Source: Pseudomonadota bacterium (GTDB lineage: Bacteria > Pseudomonadota > Alphaproteobacteria > Rhizobiales > Xanthobacteraceae). From it: a stretch of 64,000 bases of DNA. The translations under genes were made by a program, and so were the position numbers. The stretch is taken from contig QEVP01000006.1 in NCBI GenBank assembly GCA_003576765.1, positions 5,116 to 69,115 on the forward strand. The letters are read 5' to 3'. Positions 56,017-63,260 of this stretch are shown here, piece by piece. The notes under the pieces are model-generated. The model did not search any database. It was not told where the DNA came from and saw only the letters and a program-made list of their open reading frames with translations. The stretch's first letter is position 1. The number at the start of each line of letters is the position of its first letter.

Positions 56017-56250
56017 ATGCTGAACAACGCCCACCATTACGTCATCCCGGCGGATGCGCGCGAACAGGCATGGCTCGAGTCGCTGATCCGTGACGACTTC
56101 GCCGCCTGCCATCCCGGCGAGACGCTCGACGACGTCAAGCGCCGCGCACGGTTCTCCAAGGAGGACAAGGGGCTGCTGCGCGAGTGGATGGCGGTCGCGG
56201 CCTCACGCGCCGCGGCAATGACGCCGGTCTTTGCACAGGCCGCCGAATAA
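56017..56250 (+). CDS. Hypothetical protein (77 aa)
   Basis: ATG 56017 after GAGGAGG, 10 nt after the DUF2249 stop. GC3-rich. Confidence 0.5.
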   Translation: MLNNAHHYVIPADAREQAWLESLIRDDFAACHPGETLDDVKRRARFSKEDKGLLREWMAVAASRAAAMTPVFAQAAE

Positions 56251-56390
56251 GCGCAGTGTGAGCGACGGCACCGGCCCGGCCCCGAGCCCGCTCGGAGCCG
56301 GCGCTTCGGCGTTTCCGCTTCGATCGCGCCCGATCGCGGCGGCCTTGCGGCCGGCGTCCATTTGTCATCCGCAACCGGGAGGCACTTCAA

Positions 56391-56732
56391 GTGAGTCACG
56401 ACATCTATCCGCACGCCACGCGCGAGCTGATCCAGCAGCGCCGGCAGCTCGCGCCGGACACCGAGGCCGCATTCCAGGCTTTCAGCCAGAAAGTATTCGC
56501 CGAGGGGGCGCTCCCCGCCAAGATCAAGCAGCTCATCGCGGTGGCGGTCGCGCATACCACGCAGTGCCCCTACTGCATCCGCGGCCATACCAAAGCGGCG
56601 CGCCGTGCCGGTGCCACGCCGCAGGAATTGATGGAGGCGATATGGGTGGCCGCGGAGATGAAGGCCGGCTCGGCCTATGCGCACGCGAGCCTGATGCTCG
56701 ATACGCTCGCGGAGGAGCAGGAGGCGAAATAG
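56391..56732 (+). CDS. Carboxymuconolactone decarboxylase/AhpD-like family protein
   Basis: GTG start 8 nt after GGGAGG. Redox motif CPYCIRGH. Confidence 0.85.
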   Translation: MSHDIYPHATRELIQQRRQLAPDTEAAFQAFSQKVFAEGALPAKIKQLIAVAVAHTTQCPYCIRGHTKAARRAGATPQELMEAIWVAAEMKAGSAYAHASLMLDTLAEEQEAK

Positions 56733-56796
56733 CCGCACGTAACAAGCCTCGCGTCCGGATTCGCCGGGCGCGAGGCTTGCGCAAGCGGAGCGACGT

Positions 56797-57249
56797 TTAC
56801 TTCGCGGCCGTCGTCTGGGTGAGGAAGCCGCTCAGGCGCTTCTTGGCCAGCGGCGGCAGCTTGGCCCCCTCGATCGCGGCCGCGTTCGACGCATCGTCGC
56901 CGACCTGGATCAACCCGACCATTCCCATGCCGAGATGCGGAACGCATTTGTAGCCATAAAGGCCGGGCTTCTCGAAAGTCACCGTCAATTCCTGCGACAG
57001 CTTGCCCTTGAACGGCTCGGCGCCGTCGGGAAGCATGCCGGGAATGGTCTCGGCGTCGTGGCCCTTGTCGGTCGGTACGAATTTCACGGTATCGCCCGGC
57101 TTGACCTTGAGGAAGGCGGGCTCGAATACCATCGCCTGGCCGTCGCTGCCCTTGTTGAGCATCTTCACCTCGTGCTCGGCCGAAAAGGCCGGGGTCGCGA
57201 GAGCAGCCAGACCGGCCGCGACGAGAGCGAAGGTTGCCATGCGTGTCAT
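56797..57249 (-). CDS. Pseudoazurin (type-1 blue copper protein)
   Basis: ATG 57249 after AAGGAG, signal peptide ...PAFSA. Motifs HEVKMLNKG and DKGHD. Cu ligands lie in [11 protein letters not shown]. Confidence 0.9.
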   Translation of the reverse strand: MTRMATFALVAAGLAALATPAFSAEHEVKMLNKGSDGQAMVFEPAFLKVKPGDTVKFVPTDKGHDAETIPGMLPDGAEPFKGKLSQELTVTFEKPGLYGYKCVPHLGMGMVGLIQVGDDASNAAAIEGAKLPPLAKKRLSGFLTQTTAAK

Positions 57250-57343
57250 TTCCAACTCCTTGTAATGTTCATGACGGCGGGCGCCGCAACACAGCACGGT
57301 ACGAGCGTCGTGAAAGCCGTAGCTGCAAACGCGTCGCATCTCT

Positions 57344-57357
57344 TTGCGCCGGCGCAA
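57344..57357. promoter_or_regulatory. Perfect FNR/NnrR-type box TTGCGCCGGCGCAA upstream of the pseudoazurin gene
   Basis: A TTGCG-N4-CGCAA palindrome centred about 100 nt upstream of ATG 57249. Confidence 0.6.
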
Positions 57358-57399
57358 GTTGCCAGGCAGTCGCGGTGGCGACGGAGCGTGTTGGGGCGG

Positions 57400-58056
57400 C
57401 TAAGGCGCCCCCGGCAGGTCGGGCATGGTGTTGCCCGAGGCCAGCGCATCGGCAAAGGCGTGGTGGATGTCGCGGTGGATCGCCTCGTCCTCTCGCATGG
57501 CGACGATCATGTCGCTCAACTGGGCGGCGGGATCGAGGTTCCAGTAGATCAGCGCCGAGGCCGGCGCCAGGCTGTTGGGCTGCTCGCCCGCGTCGATGCG
57601 GTCGAGATACTGGGTGTAGCCGCGGACCGCCTCTTCCGAGAGGTAGCCGGCGAGACGATGCGCGGTGCGCGGCGAGATCAGGTGGAGCAGGAAGTAGGCA
57701 TTGTAGAACACGCCCTGGGCGATGACGATCAGGAAGCGCTCGAACCCGCTCGGCCGGGTGATGGCCACGAACGCCATCAGGTGGGCGCGCTGATTCTCGG
57801 CCTCGTCCATGAAGGCGCGCACCCAGCCGCGGTCGTCGATCATGCGGCGCAGACAGTGCAGATGCAGCAGCGTGGCGGCGACCATCGCCGGCACCGCGGC
57901 CACCGTCTCCAGCACCACCGCGCGGTTGCCGTAGCGCTTGCCGAACAGCGAGGCCGCAATCGAGGCCACCGCCCGCACGCTGCCCGCGGCAAAGCGGTCC
58001 GACAGCGTCTGCGGTTCATGGTGGCGGACGAGATCGGTCTTGTTGACGTTGAGCAT
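57400..58056 (-). CDS. aox: Alternative oxidase (cyanide-insensitive diiron ubiquinol oxidase, AOX)
   Basis: Trimmed to ATG 58056 (218 aa). Four iron-binding motifs occur in order: LETVAAVPAMV, EAENQRAHL, LSEEAVRGY, REDEAIHRD. Confidence 0.9.
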   Translation of the reverse strand: MLNVNKTDLVRHHEPQTLSDRFAAGSVRAVASIAASLFGKRYGNRAVVLETVAAVPAMVAATLLHLHCLRRMIDDRGWVRAFMDEAENQRAHLMAFVAITRPSGFERFLIVIAQGVFYNAYFLLHLISPRTAHRLAGYLSEEAVRGYTQYLDRIDAGEQPNSLAPASALIYWNLDPAAQLSDMIVAMREDEAIHRDIHHAFADALASGNTMPDLPGAP

Positions 58057-58179
58057 CGATGCTTTCAACCCGCGACTGTGAAAGGCGGCGCCCACGCTCC
58101 CGGCTGTGCCCTCCTGCCGTTCCGCGCGCCGCGGCACTCGCCCCTGTTTACCATCATACCCCGTCGAGAACTGGGGAAT

Positions 58180-58193
58180 TTGCCGTGGCGCAA
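58180..58193. promoter_or_regulatory. FNR/NnrR-type box with one mismatch (TTGCCGTGGCGCAA) in the aox / crp-fnr divergent region
   Basis: TTG-N8-CAA spacing is kept. Centred about 130 nt from the aox ATG and 160 nt from the regulator ATG. Confidence 0.4.
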
Positions 58194-58345
58194 CCCTGCG
58201 CCACTATGTACCCGCAACCGGGGATCGGATACAGGAAAACTCATGCTGCAACGGGCGAATTTTTGGCGATTCCAGACCGGCGGCCGCTGCCGCCGGGCGC
58301 CCGCGGGGTTTTCGCCCCGATACGGCTCGAACTGAGACGGGCGGC

Positions 58346-59047
58346 ATGGAGCAGCAGCGCGACATCGAGATCCTGAAGCGGGCCGAGCTGTTCACCGGGG
58401 TTCCCACCCCGGTGCTGGCGGAGTTGCAGGCGGCCTCGTTTCGCAAGCGGCTCGCGGCCGGCGACGTGCTGTTCCGCCAGGGCGACCCGGTGGATACGTT
58501 CTATATCGTCATCGTCGGCCGGCTGCGGGTGACGCAGACCACGCCCGAGGGAGCGCAGGTCATCATCCGCTACCTCGGCCCCGGCCAGATGGCCGGCTAT
58601 TCCGTGCTGACCGGCGGCACCCAGCACCCCGGCTCCACTACCGCGCTCGACGACAGCCACCTGTTCGGCTGGCCGGCCGCCACCATCCGCGACATGATGA
58701 CCCGCCACGCGGCCATCGCCGTCAACGCCGCGGCCGTGCTCGGCGAGCGCTACCACGAGATGCAGGTGCGGCTGCGGGAACTGTCCACCGAGCGCGTCGA
58801 GCAGCGCATCGCCCACACCGTGCTGCGGCTGGCGCGGCAGGCCGGGCACCGCACCGCGCGCGGCATCGAGATCGCCTTCCCGCTGTCGCGCCAGGACCTC
58901 GCCGAGATGACCGGCACCACGCTGCACACGGTAAGCCGCACGCTCAGCGCCTGGGAAGAAAAGGGCATCGTGGATTCCGGCCGCCGCCGCGTCATCGTCT
59001 GCAGGGCCGATGCGCTGGAGGCGATGGCGGAGGCGGCGGACAAGTAG
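58346..59047 (+). CDS. Crp/Fnr-family transcriptional regulator, NnrR/Dnr-like (no N-terminal Cys cluster)
   Basis: cNMP-binding-like fold (LFRQGDPVDTFYIVIVGRLRV) and C-terminal HTH LSRQDLAEMTGTTLHTVSRTL. Confidence 0.9.
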   Translation: MEQQRDIEILKRAELFTGVPTPVLAELQAASFRKRLAAGDVLFRQGDPVDTFYIVIVGRLRVTQTTPEGAQVIIRYLGPGQMAGYSVLTGGTQHPGSTTALDDSHLFGWPAATIRDMMTRHAAIAVNAAAVLGERYHEMQVRLRELSTERVEQRIAHTVLRLARQAGHRTARGIEIAFPLSRQDLAEMTGTTLHTVSRTLSAWEEKGIVDSGRRRVIVCRADALEAMAEAADK

Positions 59048-59052
59048 CGGCG

Positions 59053-62000
59053 TTACGGCCGCGGCGCCGCCCGCAGCCGCCCGACCACTGCTGCGACATC
59101 GCTCCATGCCGGCTTGTCGGGCGCGAACTGCGCGCGCAGGTAATGGACGAGTTCTGCGACCTGCGCATCGCTGAAGCTGCCGGCAAAGCCCGGCATATAG
59201 CCGAGGTCGGTGATCGCCGGCTTCGGGATGCCGTGCAAAATCACCTGGATGAGATTGTCCGGTGCGGCGCTGTGCAGATTGGTGTTGAGCGCGAGCGAAG
59301 GCCGGGCGCCGAACAGCGGCGGACCGCCGACCTGATGGCACACCGCGCAGGCCGCGTCGTAGATGCGGCTGCCCGTCGGCGACGCATCGATCACCCTGGT
59401 CGCGGTGACGGCTTCCAGCTTCGCCGCCAGCGCCGCCTCGCCGCTCGCCGACAGCGCCTGCGGATTGAGCGAGGCGAGATAGACGGCCATCGCCCGGATG
59501 TCGCGGTCAGGCACCCGCGCGAGCTCCGCCACCACCGGCGCCATCGGCCCGGCGGCGACGCCGTGGACACGCGACTCGCCGGTGCGCAGATAGGCGTAAA
59601 GCTCGTTCTCGCTCCACGGGATCGGCGCATGCGACAGCGCCGTCAAGGGCGGTGCCTCCCAGCCTTCGGCCTCGCCGCCGGCGAGCCGCGCGCTCGCCTT
59701 TTCCGCGCCGAGCGCGTTGCGTGGCGTGTGGCAGGCGCCGCAATGACCGAGGCTCTCGACCAGATAGGCGCCGCGATTCCACGTCTCGGACTTCGCCGGA
59801 TCGGGCGTGAAGGTCGCGGTGCTGCGATGGAATAGCGTATTCCAGCCGGCCATCAGGGGTCGCAGGTTGAAGGGGAAAGTGAGCGCAGTCTGCGGATTGG
59901 CCTGCGTCACCGCGGGCTGCGCCATCAGGTAGGCATAGAGCGCCTGCAAATCGGCGTCGGTCGCCTTGGCGAAGTGAGTGTAGGGAAACGCCGGATAAAG
60001 ATGGCGGCCGTCGCGGTGGATGCCTTCGCGCATCGCCCGCGCGAACGCCGGATACGACCACGCGCCGATGCCGGTCTCGACATCGGGCGTGATGTTGGTC
60101 GCGTAGACGGTGCCGAACGGGGTGTTGAGCGCCCGCCCGCCGGCGTTGACCGCGCCGCCCTCGCGCGTATGGCACACGGCGCAGGCGCCGATGGCGGCCA
60201 GTTCGCCACCGCGCGCGATGGTTTCCGCCGCATAGACCGACGGGTCGGGCCGCGCGATCGGGGCGATCGCGCCGCGCCACGGCAGCGCCGCCAGCACAAG
60301 CCCGCCGAGCGCCACACCGAAGGCGGCAAGGCCCGCGAACCAGCCGCGCTTTCGCGCCTTGGCAGGCTCCGGCCGGCGCGCCGCCGCAAGCCCGGCGCGG
60401 ACCCGCTCCGGCGTCAGCGGCAATTCGCGGAAACGCACGCCGGTGGCGTCGAACACCGCGTTGGCGATTGCCGCCGCGCTCGGCACCGAGGCGGATTCGC
60501 CGACCCCGAGCGGCGGCTGATCGGGCCTCGGCACGATCACGACGTCGATGGCCGGCACGTCGGGAAAGGTAAGGATCGGATAGCCGCCCCACTCGCGGCT
60601 CGCCACCGTCGCCGGCTCGAAGGCGACTTCTTCCTTCAGCACGCGGCTGGTCGATTGCACGACGTTACCGTGAATCTGATGGCGCACGCCGTCCGGGTTG
60701 ATGACGAGGCCGGAATCCTGCCCGACCGTCACATGGGTTACCGCCACGTCGCCGGTGGCCACGTTGACCGCGACGTCGGCGACCCAGGCCGACCACGCCG
60801 CGGCGCGGCCGGGAAACGTGCCGTGGACATAGACGGCGTACGCAAAGCCTCGGCCGCGCACGATATCGCCGTCCGGCTCGCGCGGCAGCCGGACCGGGCG
60901 CGGCGTCCACGCGGCGCGCTTGGCCACCGCTTTCACCAGCGCCGCCGCGCGCGGGTCCTTCAGATAGCGCAGGCGATACTCGACCGGATCGACCCCCGCC
61001 TCCGCCGCCATCTCGTCGATGAAACTTTCGTGCGCGAATGTATTCGGCAACGCTGAGACGCCGCGCAGCCAGGAGGCGCGCATGATCGGCGCCATGTCGT
61101 GGACCACCACGCGCATGTTGGCATAGTCGTAGGGCGGGACCGCGGTGCGGTCGCCCATCTGCATGGTCGTCGCCTGCGACGGAATCGTGCCGGTGAGCAG
61201 CAGCGCCAGCGTCGGCGCGGCGTTCGAGGGATAGCGCGTAGCAAAATCGTAAGCCGCGATGTTGCCTTCGGCGTCGAGCGCGCCGCAGACGTCGATGAGC
61301 TGCGCCGCGCCCTTCGGCTCCCAGACATGCTCCTGCTCGCGGGTCAGTTGCACGCGCACCGGGCGGCCGACCGCGCGCGACAACAAGGCGGCGTCGGCGG
61401 TGACGTCGTCGGCGCAGTTGCGGCCGTAGCAGCCGGCCGCCTCCAGCCGGATCAGGTCGATGGCTGCCTCCGGCAGGCCGAGCAGTTTTGCAATGTCCGC
61501 CCGCATCCAGTGCGGGTTCTGCGTGCCCGACCACACCCGCGCGCCATCGGCGCGCACGTCGGCAACGGCGCAGGACGGGCCGATCGAGCCGTGCAACTGG
61601 TAGGGCCACACATAAGTGCGGCGCGTACGCGTGGCCGCGCCGGCAACGGCGGCATCGACGTCGCCCTTGTCGATCAGCTTGCGCGGCGTCGAGGGGTTGG
61701 CGGTGAGCGCATGCGCAAGATCGTCGAGGTCGGGCAGCCGCGGCGTCGGCTTCCACGTCACCTTGAGCGCATCCATCGCCTTGATGGCATTTTCCTCGCG
61801 ATCAGTGACGACGCCGACGAAATCGCCGATCCGCACCACCGCGACGAGGCCGGGAATGTGCGCGACCGACGTTTCGTCCACCGCGATCAGGCTGGTGCCG
61901 ACGAAATCGCCGGCATCGAGGCCGGCATAGGGCGGACGCACGACGCGGCCGTGCAGCATGCCGGGAACGCGCACGTCGTGGACATACACCGCCTCGCCCG

Positions 62001-62538
62001 TCGCCTTCGCCGGGATATCGACGCGCGGCAACGGCCGGCCGACGATGCGGTAATTCTCGACCGCCTTGACCGGCGCATCCTCGTCGAGCGGCAGGCGCAC
62101 GGTGTCGCCGGCGACCAGTTCGCCGAAGGAGACGCTGTGATTGTCGCGGCCACGGATCAGCCCGTCATCAACGACAAGCTCCGCAACGGGCGTATCGAGC
62201 CGCGCAGCCGCGCGCATGAGCAGAACATGGCGCGCCTGCGCCGCCGCCGTGCGCAGGGGAATGGCGGTGACCTGGATGGTCTCGCTGGCAATGGTCGGCC
62301 CCTGGTCCGGGGTGCGCGCGGTATCGCCGAGCACGAGGTCGATGCGCTGCGGCACGACGTCGAGTTCTTCGGCGACGATCTGGCGCAACGCGGTCGCGAT
62401 CCCGGTACCGAGATCAACGTGGCCGTTATAGGCGACGATGCGGCCATCGGCATGGATGGCGATGAACGTCTCATCGGCGCCGGAGGGCGCAACGCGGACG
62501 ATGGACAGCGATCCCTTCAGCGGCTCAGGCACGGACAT
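59053..62538 (-). CDS. Molybdopterin-dependent hydroxylase large subunit fused to a tri-haem cytochrome c domain (NicB-like architecture)
   Basis: Start ATG 62538 (MSVPEPLKG...). N-terminal ~730 aa are of the xanthine dehydrogenase/aldehyde oxidase family. A TM linker (WFAGLAAFGVALGGLVLAAL) is followed by CAVCH, CGACH and CAVCH. Confidence 0.85.
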   Translation of the reverse strand: MSVPEPLKGSLSIVRVAPSGADETFIAIHADGRIVAYNGHVDLGTGIATALRQIVAEELDVVPQRIDLVLGDTARTPDQGPTIASETIQVTAIPLRTAAAQARHVLLMRAAARLDTPVAELVVDDGLIRGRDNHSVSFGELVAGDTVRLPLDEDAPVKAVENYRIVGRPLPRVDIPAKATGEAVYVHDVRVPGMLHGRVVRPPYAGLDAGDFVGTSLIAVDETSVAHIPGLVAVVRIGDFVGVVTDREENAIKAMDALKVTWKPTPRLPDLDDLAHALTANPSTPRKLIDKGDVDAAVAGAATRTRRTYVWPYQLHGSIGPSCAVADVRADGARVWSGTQNPHWMRADIAKLLGLPEAAIDLIRLEAAGCYGRNCADDVTADAALLSRAVGRPVRVQLTREQEHVWEPKGAAQLIDVCGALDAEGNIAAYDFATRYPSNAAPTLALLLTGTIPSQATTMQMGDRTAVPPYDYANMRVVVHDMAPIMRASWLRGVSALPNTFAHESFIDEMAAEAGVDPVEYRLRYLKDPRAAALVKAVAKRAAWTPRPVRLPREPDGDIVRGRGFAYAVYVHGTFPGRAAAWSAWVADVAVNVATGDVAVTHVTVGQDSGLVINPDGVRHQIHGNVVQSTSRVLKEEVAFEPATVASREWGGYPILTFPDVPAIDVVIVPRPDQPPLGVGESASVPSAAAIANAVFDATGVRFRELPLTPERVRAGLAAARRPEPAKARKRGWFAGLAAFGVALGGLVLAALPWRGAIAPIARPDPSVYAAETIARGGELAAIGACAVCHTREGGAVNAGGRALNTPFGTVYATNITPDVETGIGAWSYPAFARAMREGIHRDGRHLYPAFPYTHFAKATDADLQALYAYLMAQPAVTQANPQTALTFPFNLRPLMAGWNTLFHRSTATFTPDPAKSETWNRGAYLVESLGHCGACHTPRNALGAEKASARLAGGEAEGWEAPPLTALSHAPIPWSENELYAYLRTGESRVHGVAAGPMAPVVAELARVPDRDIRAMAVYLASLNPQALSASGEAALAAKLEAVTATRVIDASPTGSRIYDAACAVCHQVGGPPLFGARPSLALNTNLHSAAPDNLIQVILHGIPKPAITDLGYMPGFAGSFSDAQVAELVHYLRAQFAPDKPAWSDVAAVVGRLRAAPRP

Positions 62539-63013
62539 CGTCGCTCTCGACGTCGAGCCCGGCGGCGCGCCGTGCCGCACGCAAAATCTCGACATGGGCG
62601 CCGCAGCGGCACAGGTTGTAGCGCAACGTCTCGCGAATGTCGGCGTCCGTCGGATGGGCGTTGCGCATGAGCAGCGCCTTGACGGTCATGATCATGCCGT
62701 TGAGGCAATAGCCGCACTGCGCCGCCTGTTCCTTGATGAACGCGGCCTGCACGATATCGGGATGCGCGCGCGTGCCGAGCCCTTCGAGGGTGACGACGTG
62801 GCGGCCCTCGCAGGCCGAGAGCGGGATGATGCACGAGCGCGCGGCGACGTCGTCGATCAGCACGGTGCAGGCGCCGCATTCGCCGAGCCCGCAGCCGTAT
62901 TTCGGGCCGTTGAGCGCAAGGTCGTTGCGCAGCACATAGAGCAGCGGCGTGTCCGGCGCCGCGGCGACCTCGTGGCTGTGTCCGTTGACGGAGAGGCGCG
63001 TTGTCGCCGGCAT
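62525..63013 (-). CDS. [2Fe-2S]-binding small subunit of the molybdo-hydroxylase (NicA-like)
   Basis: Trimmed to ATG 63013. Motifs GCGLGECGACTV, QCGYCLNGMIM and LCRCGAH. 14-nt overlap with the large-subunit start. Confidence 0.9.
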   Translation of the reverse strand: MPATTRLSVNGHSHEVAAAPDTPLLYVLRNDLALNGPKYGCGLGECGACTVLIDDVAARSCIIPLSACEGRHVVTLEGLGTRAHPDIVQAAFIKEQAAQCGYCLNGMIMTVKALLMRNAHPTDADIRETLRYNLCRCGAHVEILRAARRAAGLDVESDDVRA

Positions 63014-63260
63014 TCCCTGCCTGTGGTGTCGCAAAGACGTTTCCTCGCAAAAAAGGATAACGTTTGTGTACAAACATGCAAGCCGCGACCGCAGCCTGCC
63101 GGCCTGTGGTTCCAGCCAGGACTTGGCGCTCGAGACTTGGCGCTTGACAAGGCGCGGCGGCGGTGGGCAACATTGTTAGCATACGAATGAAGACGGCCGG
63201 CGCGCTTCAACGTGGCACGGCCGGTCTGGCCTCGCCCGGCAGGGAGCGAAACGGTTGGCG

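Noticed and set aside
56362-56374. FNR-like TTGTCATCCGCAA upstream of the AhpD-like gene.
   Set aside because: The spacing is TTG-N7-CAA (13 bp) rather than the required TTG-N8-CAA, and the half-sites are not palindromic.
63203-63218. Sigma-54 promoter-like TGGCAC upstream of the edge gene.
   Set aside because: The -12 element is absent: GTCTG where TTGCW is required, so the GG-N10-GC spacing is not met.
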